NCBI GenBank assembly: GCA_965285935.1
Contig: OZ260661.1
Span: 91,760,001 to 91,824,000 of the forward strand
Source of the DNA: Ophelia neglecta
Taxonomy: Eukaryota
Reading direction: 5' to 3'
DNA length: 64,000 bases
Under the pieces are notes generated by a model. The model did no database searches. It saw only the letters and a list, made by a program, of their open reading frames with translations, and was not told the DNA's origin. Within the stretch, counting starts at the first letter, position 1; each line of letters opens with the position of its first letter. Shown here one piece after another: positions 12,315-25,893 of this stretch. Made by a program: the position numbers and the translations under genes.

Positions 12315-12628
12315 ACAGGTAAGGGGGCATACACTGCACTACAGGTAAGGGGGCATACACTGCGCTATGTACAGGTAAGGGGCATACACTGCACTACAGG
12401 TAAGAGGCATATACTGCACTACAGGTAAAGGGGCAAACACTGCACTACAGGTAAGGGGGCATACACTACACTACAGGTAAGGGGGCATACACTGCACTAC
12501 AGGTAAGGGGGCATACACTGCACTACAGGTAAGGGGGCATACAGTGCAGTACAGGTAAGGGGGCATACAGTGCAGTACAGGTAAGGGGGCATACACTGCA
12601 CTACAGGTGAGGAGACATACACTGCACT
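12315..12628. repeat. 26-bp minisatellite, 12 copies, consensus ACAGGTAAGGGGGCATACACTGCACT
   Basis: Directly visible tandem copies of 25-30 nt with few substitutions. Confidence 0.97.
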
Positions 12629-15600
12629 TTTGGAGCGATATGAATAAGCATTCAGTTGGTTATATGTATAGATCTTCACTCAGCGCTTTTATATGAAGCA
12701 TGCGTGGTCAATTAATCATAATCTCTCCAACGAAAACATGTGAGACAGACAAATATGGGTCAGTCCCATGCCATCTCTAAATGTTTACCCACAAATACGC
12801 TGGTCCTTGTAAAAGCAGAGTATGGCAAGAATGGATCACAGATATAAATAGTTGATCATTCTTTGGAGCAATGTTGAGCTTTGGTCCACATAAAAAATCA
12901 TTAGACATGTCCCAGATTAGACTTGTCTTGAACTTTATTTCTTGAAATAGTTGTTAAATTGTGGCACAACCGTCAACCAGGTCTCGAATATCAAATGTAG
13001 AACATAATCATGTAAAGATTAATCCTATTGGAAATTTGAATCAATTAATTGTAGATCCGCTTTATATTTTAAGTAGTGCGAATCGCCAAAATGTTTAATT
13101 ATATATAAAAAAGGTTGGGTTTGTCCTTGGTTTTGCCGCCCTTTATAAGCGCGTTCTGTAGATCACACTTCAATTTTCAGAGTTTACTCAAGTTAAGGGT
13201 AGTTTATGTACATTTTAAAGGCCTGAACATTTCACGGACGAAGTGGTACTATGTATATACTTAGGTTGTCGTTTTTGTTGAATTATTTTAAAAGCAAACC
13301 GTTCATGACCATAGCCTTCCGTATTCATGTCGTGGCTTCCGGCGACACTGGAGATCTATAGCGAAATAATATTATGATTGCAAACATATTTAGGACCATC
13401 TCTCTAGGATTGTCATTTTTATATAGTATAATTGCTTTCCTAAATATTTATTTTCCTCCGGTCAGAATAGGTCGCTGAGAGTGCTTATTCATATTGAATT
13501 TGTTCAGGCAGGGCTTTGAAGATAAAACCCGGAGGCGCCCCCAGGAGGTTGTCTAACCGAGTTACATGGTGTTCATCTGCCAGAATTAGACCACTTTTAC
13601 TCAGCTTCAAGTGGGTCTAATCTCGATCAAATTAGTAAGAATACTCTCATAACGCTCCCTATAGACACGTGACCGCGAGAGCTCGGCTTACGCGATCTTT
13701 GCAGTCCTTCATAACGTTTAAATAAAGGCCTATACTTCAATGCGACTGATGCTGTGTTTTAGATATATACCAAATCGGTATTCCAGTTTGAATTCCTATT
13801 AAACGTATGACTTTGTTGCTAGGGTTTTAACGTCAAATCGTACCTGAAAAATAACGCGGATTTTCACAATGCTGAAGACTGGATAAAGTATAAGAAAATT
13901 ATCTGTTTATTTTACGTTGACATGGGTATATCGCATGCACAAAAAATATCCTGTATACTTATCATCAACGTTACCCAAGGGCTTGGACTTTTATAACGTC
14001 ACTTATAAGCCTGAATAGGCCTATACCTTTTGAGGTTCAGAAGTTAAATATCCCCTTGAGCGAATATTTCATTCCCGGCAATATATGACGGACAATTTAC
14101 TCAGTTGCTCATTGACAGCGATAGGAACACCTAGATAAAGTGCGTTGGTTCCACCTTTGATCTGACGCCAAGGTCTAATTCTCATATCTCTCCTGCCAGA
14201 GAAGTGCTTCTTCATTTTATCCTCTTAGGAGCTCTTAGAGCCAAGTACAATTACTCACGGGCTGCGACTGTTGATAGGTCCACGCGTACCAGCTTCATGG
14301 CTCAATCCCTCGATATCCTTGAAATCAGTCTACAAAGGTTTTGTCATCCATTTTCGTTTTTGTGACAATGGTCACCTTCATTATAAATAATGAAATGGGT
14401 GATACTTTTTCATTTCAGTTCTGAGATTATCCATGAGTTTGCGGTGTATAAACTGTCGGTGTGGGCTAATGAATGCAGCAGAATATTCAAATGATTAATT
14501 TATCAATTGGTGGTAGGTCGAGGAGCGATACTATTGTGTTGAATCGGGCTAGTGGCGGATTCTATTTCAGGCTTGGTGCTTTGATTGATACCCTTATCAC
14601 AGAAGGCTCTTGATAAAAAAAAAAGAGAATATCGCCATTGTCCAAGGTTGTTTCCAATCTACGTCCATTATTTTACCTTCCAACGCCTCAAAGAAATGAT
14701 ATTTGGTACGCTATAAGTATTGGCACGTAAAGTTTCCGATCTAGTTTAGGCTTAGTTTTATTAAAAAAGAAGTACAAAGATTAGTGAATTTTTCCCTTTC
14801 TCTGATATATAATATATAAAAGAATCAAATCTAAGATTTCCTACACTTTCGCAATACTGCTTGGAAGTGTATTAAATCCTTATCTGCAGTAAAGAGTTTC
14901 TTAGACTAGTTTCCAAGCTGCAAAGCCATGTATACAAAAACTTCAACTTTATCTGAGACTTTATTAAAGATTGAAAATTCGGGAATCAAGAGCACTCTTG
15001 TTAAACTGAGCCTTCAAAGCAGACAACCTAATTTATGTCTTTGATCATTATTAACGCGTAGATACAGTGTTTCGATTTTGCACTATCCTGGATAACTATC
15101 CGACGTCGTGTTAGTTCACCCTTGTATCTATAATAGTCTAATCCTACTTTCAACAAGACACACTTGGGTCCTGCATTCCCATACATGTACCTAGAGTATT
15201 GATCGGGATTGCTAGGGTACCTTCGCCTCTTCGATTATCACATCAACAGTCTTGTTGTTATAGTTTTTATTTCCATTACTTATAGGTATAGCCCTATAGC
15301 GCCTATATCATTTACGTCACTGCTCACAGATAATTTATTCATATCCACAATAACTTAAATGTGTAATGTAAGTGCAGATTACTTTACAATTATAATGCAT
15401 ACCTTTTAAAGATCGAGCACAGACATATTACGTTACAGTGTTAAGCCTGAGGTTACCCAATAACCCACCAAGGAAATAGATTTCTGATGCTCATCCTGTT
15501 ATAAACACCCATAAACAAAGTACTTGTGAACATAAATTACTCAATTCTTCCTAAAAAAGACAGTGAGATAAAATTCAGAGCATTTACTTATAAGAAGCAA

Positions 15601-18600
15601 AAACAGCAGTGAATATAGCTTTGGCCTTATCAGTCCCCATACAAGCAGTTTTCACTTGAAATGCGTTTTATATTGTCCGCAGTTTTAACGTAAGTGCTAC
15701 CGGCAAATGGAGCTAAATTATATTAACAAGCGAGATTAGACGTGTATTATATTATCTGTTGGATGATCAAATTCCGCGTTTAGTTTTATCATTCAGTTCA
15801 AGGTTATTCGTAATAATCCATTGCTAAGCCATGCCATTGCATGTTTCCAAATAAGCTGAGTAAACTCGTCGGATAGCCCGCAATTTGAAGACCAGTGGGC
15901 TTTTAGTATTTAACAGATGTCTGCAATATCAAGACTGGGTAGTACTATAATTATGTTATCAACACTCAAATGGTTATAACACGTTTCCGAAGATTCCCAC
16001 AATTCACGAACCTCGGGGCCGTTAGTTGGGGGCAACTCGAAAGAAGAAAGTTGGCTTTACAAAATGATTCCATATTCCCAATATGATTTTTTTAGCCCTG
16101 AACAAGAAACTGTTCTTGAAATATGGAATGTGAAAAATAAATGTACAGGATTTTTTTTGTAAAAACACTAGAAGGTTCAGAACACAAGGTTTATTTTCTG
16201 ATAATACTTTTGAAACCAGAATGATCTTCTTATTGAAATGCAGAAGTTTATTAAACTATGATCGTGACCTGCCGTCTGTCGCACGCTTGCCATCCCAACA
16301 CTAACCTGAATAAAGTCTTTAGACAATAATTGTAACATGTACGGCCATAATATAATATCTCCCTCCCAACCTGATTCACTTTGAATCCCTAAACTATCGA
16401 GATTCATAGTGTTACCATGAAACTGATTGATGTCTCCTCTATACAGTCATATACATAATTATGTTGAAAAGTTTTGGAAATATTATATTGACTTCGGCGG
16501 TTCAGCGGCAGACTCTGACACAGATTTAATTCACATGGCAGAAGGCCGGGGATAAACTGGTAGAATTATCCCTGCCAAAGAAAAACACGTTGTCGACAGC
16601 AGACGACAAATCTGCAAGCAATCAATAAGTATGCTTCTGGTCAAGAGATTAATGGGGACAGCCAGACTCTATTGGCTGCATTGCATTTTCAACACTTTGA
16701 GGTAGGCACGGTTTGTTAAAATATGAATATTGATTATTCAATTTTGTTTTCATGTATCATCTGTTGGACACCTTGCCATGGACAGTGAGCTGGCCACGGG
16801 TCTTGCATCGTTTTGGGACGCACCATTAAATATCTGGTAGAGGGCGGGCGGGGGAGGGGGGTTGGTGGGGGGGGGGATTTTTGAAAGATAAAAGATTGTA
16901 GGCCTTTTATGATGTGTGTGTGTGTAGGGGGGGGGGGGGTACCAACTTGCGGATTGCAAAAATACAATGTACCGTAGTTATAAGATGAAATAAGTTTTGT
17001 TTGCCCTGTAGTTTATTGCCACATTCTTGGAAAAACTGCATTTTCATAATAAACCTTGGACAAACGGCTGTTTGAATGTAATCTTCTGCTGTACCATTAT
17101 CATAAAGAAATGCGTAGTTTTCGATACTTTTATTGGGGTCTGACATGCAAGGCTATATATGTAAGTTACAGAACAAACGGAAGTAGACTGTATACTGTCA
17201 ATAAGGTTGATACAGTATGCTAGTCATTTCCTGGATGAAATTAGCATGTGAGAAACGAAGTCAAGCGTTTAAACGCAATTAGGCTGCATTGTTTAGGTAT
17301 TGAGCTGAAACGTAACACGCCAGTAAACTTAATAGTGAATGGATAAGTCAATTATTCTGTCAACAGCCGACATGTTGTCCGGCTCATTTGTTCCTAAACC
17401 AAAAATCCAATCAGACCCCCACTGTGAACTTAATGACACATTCATGTTGACTGAGAGTATAATCGTCTCATAGTATGATTCGAGGTTTTTATATATTTCT
17501 TACGTATACATATACTCCCATTGACCGCCTAACGATTACAAATTAGACTAAACCATCCACACTTTAACAAAGAGGCATATCAAAGAATAAATTTTATCAC
17601 AATTAAAAAAGATCAGATGAGTTGTATCATAGATAGGTTGTGCGATTATCCTGAATATCACAAAACATTAATGACAAAAAAAGCAGATGTTTGGTCGAGT
17701 CTCTATAATCAGAAGCCAGATAAGTAATTTGACTATTATTGTGCGCTGGAGGAAAAACCGTATTGATTCCCTCTCGTTGATTAAGTTTGATTATTACATG
17801 CATCTGCTACATCTTTTTTGTACATGTTAAGGCTAGTCTGATACCTAATGGAAGAAGGCTGTCCAACACCATATGGCTGAAAATCTAAGCGTTTTAACTT
17901 GGATAATATAATTGCGATAGTCTACCAGAATACCATAGCTTTTCAATGATAATACAAGATGGCTACGAAGCCTTGAGATAAAGTGAACAATTAATGGTCT
18001 CGTGCTTTTTTAAATATGATATTGTTTTGTTTTTCTTTTAGCTGTTGTGCCCATGCGTCGTTTATATTTGCGGATCCGAATTCCTGATCAGTCTTGTTAA
18101 AAATGTTCAGAATCTAACTAAATGATTGAAAAGAAGTTGGTAAATCATTTGTGGCAAGACGGTGTTAGTTTAGAAGGTTTATTATAAGCTTACTGATAAA
18201 GTGTTTAACCTAAACGTGCCTGCGTTGGATGTGGGACACTTGCCATAAAAATGCGCCACAACAATAAGCCATATAACCCTGTGACCTGTATTTCTAGTCT
18301 TTCTCCTATCTATTTATGCTAGCCTATGATTGTCCTTAAAGAAAGGAAGAGAAAATTATTGTCTTTATATCGTCTCTTAGCAGGTAGGATTTGCCAACTT
18401 TCCCTTGGCGATGATTGTGCCCCTGGAATCAATCCCTCGGCTTTTCTTGTCATCGGTGCGGTAAACAAGCTGTAAGGGGGATTTCGGGGCACTTGGAGAA
18501 ACAATTTATCAATCTAAAACAGGCAGGTCAGTCGAAAGGAAAACCGAATGCAATTTAAATACACCATCTTCCCAAATCACGAAAACTGAATGGTATAAGA

Positions 18601-19149
18601 AGAGACTGTTAGCCTACTTACAAATGGCAAAATAATGAATTTAGAACTGAGTGATAATGATGCATCTGTGGCGATTCTGGATGTAAATATGTATTCATCA
18701 AGACTCTAATTACTGACAAGAACATGGACAAATCTGCAGTTCGAGCATGTGATGTGATGCGATGTAATGGATATAACTGAAGTCATTTAGGGATTTCTGA
18801 GAGGATCTGAGTTAGTTAATCACTTTGAAGCCAACAGGTCGTCATCAAAATTATCCAGTGAGTCTTCACTTTTAAGCAAAGCATCTGAAAATGTCGTCTG
18901 TTCAGACCTGTCTAATTATCTGTGCATGTTTGGTGTTCAGATTCGACGAGTCCTTATGGCACAATGACAGGTGTCCGCTTACTCGTCACTAATGGTCATT
19001 TATCCTATTGTTTCAAGATAGCAACCATTATACATGCTTGGTCAATTTGATTGTATATGGAAATTTCATATAATTGTGGTTTTTAGCTGTGCAACATAAG
19101 CGATAAGCAATCCCTCATTCCACCGTTTAAATGTGCGAAAATTGCGATG

Positions 19150-19394
19150 ATTGCGAGATATGAGAACGAAAAGAAATACGCGTTACATAGATACGAATAA
19201 AAAATAATTAATGTTGGGTAGGGTCAGGGTTTAAGTGTAGGATTTTGCATACAACCAAACTGAAACATACCATCTCTAACTCTAACCCCTATCCCAATTC
19301 TTATATATATGGCTACGTCTTTAATACACATATAGATCGTATCGTATATGTGTCTCCATTGTCTCGTACCTACTATCAGGTTTTACAGTATGCC
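19150..19394. repeat. Dispersed repeat or foldback relic related to 50370-50540
   Basis: Identical 20-mer ATCAGGTTTTACAGTATGCC at 19375-19394 and 50520-50539. Both copies have nearby CGTATC-like repeats and GGGTTAGGG/CTAACCC-like motifs. Confidence 0.45.
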
Positions 19395-19879
19395 ATTGGT
19401 GATGTTATGTTGTACTTCCTGTGTTTTTTTTTAATAAAACATCACCCATAGCACGTAAGTTTTGTTTGTCTGACCATTCATTAAAGACACTCTATGTTTT
19501 GTCTGCCGAAAATACGGACTGCATACTTAACGTATAATAATAATCTTTGGCGTGAAATGGCAATAGTCGCTAGGTAATCAATAAGCCTCATTGATTGTGA
19601 TAAAAGAACCATTATGGCGTATTTCAGAAGCCGTCATTTTCCAATGATTGGAAGTCAGCGAGAGTAACACTAATGTTCAAAAAGGAAGGCACAGCCGATT
19701 CTCCGACAAACTACCGCCCTATTTCAGTTATACCCAATATTGTCTAGATTATGGAACGCAGCATACTAAATCAACTGAAATAATATTTGATATGTCACGA
19801 TTTTTCTCACGCCTGACCAAGCCGCTTATAGACAAAATAACTCCATCCAAACGTCACTTCAAAGGGTAATCAGCGAGCT

Positions 19880-20300
19880 ACTCGATGGTATAAACGATGA
19901 GTTAGTGGAGGGAATGTGTTCTTTTGCTCTCCAAAAATAATTTGACACAATTGACCACGATAAACTACTTACAAAACTAGGACATTATGGAATTAGAAAT
20001 ATTCCGTTAAACTGGTTTATCAGCTACCTAACCAACAGGAAAAAGTTAGTTACCACTTCTCAAAGTCTTTGAAACTATTAACCAATCTCATTTCGATTGC
20101 TGTATTACCATCTGGGGCAATGCAGCGAAACAAAAATTTTGAAAGACAGCGATTTCAAAACAGGGCAGCCCGGTTTATAACCAGTAACTTCAATTGGTAC
20201 ATATCTGGTACGGTTTTATTTAAATCACTTTATCTTCAAACTATAACCGAGCGTATAGACACTATTTTATAAATATCTTGACATATAATGCCACCATAGC
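19880..20300 (+). mobile_element. Decayed LINE (CR1/L2-like) reverse transcriptase fragment with internal deletion
   Basis: Translates to [37 protein letters not shown], then HFDCCITIWGN...QRFQNRAARFIT; stops and frameshifts present. Confidence 0.85.
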
Positions 20301-23300
20301 GCGGCCCCTCCCACCTTTAGCGACTGATTGACGTATGTTGATCAATATCATTCCCGAAATACAAGACAAAGCACAAATAAGAAGCTCGTTGAAGTTGGCC
20401 CCCTTTACGAAATAGCGCCCAAATCCTACTCATATCAAGCTCCCCATTTATGCAATCAATTACCTGATGCGTAATCGTAATTTGAATAACCTGAAACAGT
20501 TTAATGCGGCACTTTAACAATTGAACGCTAATAATGATGTAGTATTTAATAGTGAAGTGAAATTAATTGGTTTAACACAACAAGTTGAACAAATAACTTA
20601 TTGTAGTTAGAGCATGGAGCTCAACGTCGTAATTTAATTTAGAATAAATACTCTACTATTGGTTGTCGTATAGGTATAAAAAAACAAATATTCTGTCATA
20701 AAACTTGTTGCATGTACTTAAAATGTAGTTAAAATAAAAAGATTTTGGTCGTGCTTCTCACTTTACCACTTCTTCAAAACTGGGCATCATTAGATATTCT
20801 ACTCGTGTTGACGTTTCGGATGTGCGAATGTCATTGATCCGATTGGATACAAATATAATCTATAGTGAGGCTTTAACCATAAATAAACGACGTCACTGAT
20901 TCATGCCTATCCCGTAAAAAGAAGTTAGTTTCTGGATGCTTGTCCCGAGATGCTTCAATGTGCGTCCGATGTATGTGTGCAGCGTGGATACTTACACCAG
21001 GCCTATTGCTTTCGAAACTTTAAGGAATATGCTCCCTCACGCACGTACAGCATCCCACGTTATAATATTCCATCACACATACTATCAGTATGGTTGAATT
21101 ACCAGCTTAATTACTTGAGTAATTAATAATTGCTTATCAAAGACAACAATAGATTTGTAATTGTGCCTTATGGCCCTAAGCACCAAAGAGGGTGAAAAGA
21201 GGCCCTGAAAACTCTAGAGGTAACTTTGCGAAAGAGTTATGCAAGATTAAGATTAAATGATTGAGACGTACTCAATACATTTTTGAAACATGGAAATGAC
21301 TTTCAATTTCCTTTTTAATCTCGTATTACTAGACAAATTCAAAGAAACGAAGTTGTCATTAAGTAATCAATAAAAGGGTTCTATTACGGTATACACGTGT
21401 AACTGTATGTGTACACACCTGACCTACTCCCATCCTACTGCAAATTAACTTGAAAGCCTCTCCCTTTGGTCTAGATGCCTTCTCCCTGAGGGCTGTCAGT
21501 GACGGTAAACAAAGACATCCCGGTGGATAAGTCTCATTATTATTACTCCGACATTTGTTTATAGCACCAAATGTAGACCTCAAAACGATAAATCAAGTTT
21601 TTTTCGGCCAAGCAGAAAGCAGAGTTTGATAGAAAATATTCAGACACCATATAGCTTCGTTGTATCAGTTACACTTTTGTTCAAACAGCAAGTTCCTTTT
21701 TCGAACATATATTCACGTACGAGAAAAACAAGACCATGTTCTGGCACGAGGGATTGTTATTCTATTGGGTTCAATACTCCCCGTACGTCAGGACGAATCT
21801 TAGAAGGGTAAACATGTTTCCATGCATGGAAATCTGATATCGATTGATCGATAAGGACGGGCCAAAAATATCACAAGGCTTATAAATATATCATATCAAA
21901 ATCTGTTCTCTTGGTATCGTATGTGGAATTGTATTTATCATGCTGCATTCAGGTATTGCTAGTTTAACATAATAAACCTATCTGCGTTACTTCATAAACG
22001 GCAGATTATAATCTCCGTAGAAATAAGGCTGATTAATCTAATATTGGAAGTTCCTATGTACAGAACTGTTAGCTTGTTTGCTGAAGTGACACCAAATTAT
22101 GTCAAACGAGGAAATTACTTTCGATTGGGTTATTATTAAACGTACTTCTAACTAATAAAGGACTCTTCTCCTGCTTGAGTAAATGCCAGAGTTAGAATGT
22201 CATTTTAACAGAAATGTCTGACAATGTCAACAAACTAACCGTTCTATTCCTGACAAGGCCTTATTTGGGTAAAGAAATGTTCTACCTACTTTACAGTGGA
22301 TTAGACATGATATAGGTCGGTAAAACTGAACAACATAAAAGGTTTAATTGTCTGTCATTGATTGGTCATATATATATTTGCAAGACAAACGTATATCCAA
22401 ATTTATATAAATATACATGCAAATAAATTCAATATGATGGTAAAATTACAAAATCAATTAAACGAGTTTTTAATTTAACTGGAAACTGTATCCAATCAGC
22501 ATATAGGAAGCAACACTGATGCCGAACCTCAGTACATAATGTTCTGATTGAATTATTTGACGGTACATTATACAAGTGCTTTGACCCCATACATATTGTA
22601 TGGCCATTTGAGCATTTAATTTCTATTGTCAGTTTGCAGGCCACGTGTATGACGCTTGGGAAGAATAGATAGTTACCACTGCGACAAAAAGGTCAAAAAT
22701 AAGTTATTAGTTGTGCTTTTATGGCGGTTCATGGGACAGTTTATTCTCCCGTTCAATAACATCTATTTGGAAAAACCAGGACGTGAAAATGGGGTTTCGT
22801 GAATCCATACCAATACATCTGATCGGACAACTATTTCGTCAACAATATAGTTAGCCATAATCGAAGATTCATGCCAGACGAAAAGCAGTTCGATAGTGCA
22901 ATTCGAACCCTGCCACACGTCAGCGGGGTTTATTTGATTCTTCTGCTCCTCACTTTTAGGACATGCGCTGTTTGACACCCTATATTTATGTCACGTTTAT
23001 GTGATGTTTCAGACACTATAGCATCCGAAAATAGGAATCATTTGCTAATCCCACACAGAGCAGATCATTGAAATCTTGCTGCAAATCTCATATCTGTCAG
23101 TAAAGTTCTTAAATTGCTTATCAAGATTATTTTTTACCTCCAAAGGGAGAATCTTCTCGTGTTTAATAGTCGAGAGTTGGGTCTAAGGATGCGACCAGAG
23201 TGGCTGATGTCGATCTGGTAAAGTTACTAGCTATACTTGAAATACCATTACACACTTTGCAGTTCTCAATATGCGAGTCTGAGAATGAATGCTAGCCGCC

Positions 23301-23830
23301 AAAAAGCAAAATGTATCCACCTAGCTTTTTCAAACCCAAGATTCTTCACTTGTAAAAAAAAATATTTCTGTCTTTGCGTCTTCGGTTTATAAGCATTTTT
23401 ATGGTTTTAAGCCAAGACATTAAAATTTTCCTTGAAGCATACTTCTGGTACGTGCATTTACGTGTCTAATGTTTTATTAGATAATATGTGCATGAATATA
23501 TGACCGGGACAGTTGTTGTTATTATTTTTATTTACAGATAACATCCTTCATATAATATAAATTAATACCGGATACACTGGTACTTTATTATATGCCCAGG
23601 ATAGGTAAAAACAAATTCAACCAACACCGCATCCCAGTCGTGCTGTTCCATCCAATTCAAAAACTGCTTCTAAATTAGTTAACTTAGCTTTTCAAATATT
23701 CAAAGACCGGTACCTATCATGCATTTGGCAGCATGGGAAGGTCCAAATGTCTAAAACATAACCACCAACAGAACATGGCATGACATGGAAGCAGCAGTAA
23801 AATGTGGTACTTTGCTTAGGCATTGGTTAA

Positions 23831-24118
23831 GGCCCTGTCACACTGTTGCGTTTGAGAGAAACGTGAGAGTTGTGCGAATGAAAATTCATAATATAATTTT
23901 TATACGCATAAAAAGCCTTTGGAAAAACAGAGTTGTGCGTATTGAACCTACGAGTAGCGTTTGTGTAGCGAATGGTCAGCGTATTGACAGCGTATATCAG
24001 CGTATGGGCAGCGTATGTCAGCGAAAGGCCAGCGTATATCAGCGTATGGCCAGCGTATATGTAATAATTTTCATACGCTGGCGAAACCTAGTACAATACG
24101 CAACAGTGTGACAGGGCT
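23831..24118. mobile_element. PIF/Harbinger-like MITE
   Basis: 20-bp perfect inverted termini GCCCTGTCACACTGTTGCGT (23832-23851) and ACGCAACAGTGTGACAGGGC (24098-24117); left flank TAA; internal CAGCGTAT repeats. Confidence 0.8.
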
Positions 24119-24599
24119 ATAACATTCGTTTAGAAAAGAACCAGGAGTGGATACCTGGCCTACACTGCATGATAATAATCAAGGAGTATCCATTTAATCT
24201 GTCCATGTGGATCAGAAGTCGTCTGCTACAGGCCCACAAACACCACCCTCAGCTCCCTGGCTGTGAACAAGCTTGTAACGAAATAACAATAACAATTTAT
24301 AAATTTGATAGCACGTGCAGCAGTAAGGATAGCTCAGAGACAATTTCCTAGATTCCTTCTATCAATTTCCTTTCCGATTAGTTCATTGACACCATTTCGT
24401 ACAATTTAACGGTCCGGGAAGTACGAAACACAGTTTGGTAGAATTAATCGCAATTTTACATGTGATTATCCTTGAATCAATTCAATAATACTGATTAAAT
24501 CTTTAGTCACAGTCACAACACCTTGGTGAAATTTTGTACCTAACGTTGGCATCATAAAATAGAAATAATATCCAAATATTTTCTAAATATACACAACTG

Positions 24600-24689
24600 G
24601 AGGCTAATAGTGGTGTTGATGTCTGTCAGAGCTAGACCGAGTTTCCGGATATTACACCTAGCGCAGGACCTGGCTGTTGTCACTGACAG
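24600..24689 (+). other. Possible 5'-UTR exon of the EF-hand gene
   Basis: Donor CAG|GTATGG at 24690, preceded by a less AT-rich stretch and a TATA-like taaatata near 24584. Position fits the acceptor at 25887 but there is no direct support. Confidence 0.25.
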
Positions 24690-25893
24690 GTATGGCGCTA
24701 ACGTTCCTTAAATGTAAAATACGTTGGCGTTACTTTCCGACACTGATCTATACGTTAATAGGTTGACGAACGGAAATATTGTCACTAGTTGGGTCTACTT
24801 CCTGATTCCTCGAGTGAACATAAAAACATCTGTAGATATCACTTAACAACTATATTCATCATGAAAAAAAACGAAGAGGAAATTTTTAACCACAGGAAGA
24901 TAATATCAAGATACAAAGAAAATAGAATGTCACTTGGAAGTATAGCCTTATCAAAAATACAGGTTATAATTACTGTGCGGAGATGATAAAAAACGTCGAT
25001 TAGCTTTATCAATATACACGCGTACATTGCTATTCATCACGCACGCAGATATTTCTATTACACCTGTTTACTTCTACTGTTGTCGGGGTCAAGACTGATC
25101 ATGCCTTTGCACCACAATATCCGATGCCAGCAAGTATGGTCCGAGGAAAAGACCGCATTTCACATGATTTGGTGCAAGTTGGGTTTCGTCATCTGATATA
25201 ACAATGTGTTTATATTCTAATATATCTTAATAATATTGTCGTTTCTTTTGTAAAAGCGTATAGACTCCAACTATATACATTAGTTAAATATACCAACACC
25301 TATTTTTACGGGCACTGGCTTTCTTTTTCTGCATCATAAATTACAAAGTACTCCTTTTTTGCCATAGTAAAGAGGTATAAACGTTAATGTTTAATGGACT
25401 CTTTGGCACTTTCAAAACATCATTACTTCAATAAGTCAAAAGTTTTGAAGTTAGATTTATCTTCGGCCAATTTTCGCAGCAAGCGGCCATACATATCGAG
25501 GATATACGTTTCACCTGCCATGGAATGTTTTCACGTCTTGCATATGTGTGTGCCTATATTATTGTCTGTATTGAATATTTAACGATCTGTTGTTCTGTAC
25601 CATTCATACGTGTATATACGTGCTAGTGAGTGTATGCCCATGTAAACCCACGTTAAAATGGATGTATAAATAACACCCCTTTGGCACATTTGTTCCGTAG
25701 GGATATGATTATAACCGAACCAAGAAGAAGAAGCTGATAGTACAAGCCATTGAATGAGAGAACCAAGATGCGAGATAAGTCATGAACAAAAGCAAGCAAA
25801 GCCCAGGCCAATGAAACCATTCACCGAAAGTGGCTGCTAGTTCTATATCACAGCGCAACCAATTTCTTTGTATTTTCTTTTCTGCAGGCAATC

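Noticed and set aside
12315-12628. Regular 26-bp repeats as a possible CRISPR array
   Set aside because: Units are head-to-tail with no unique spacers, there are no cas genes, and the context is eukaryotic.
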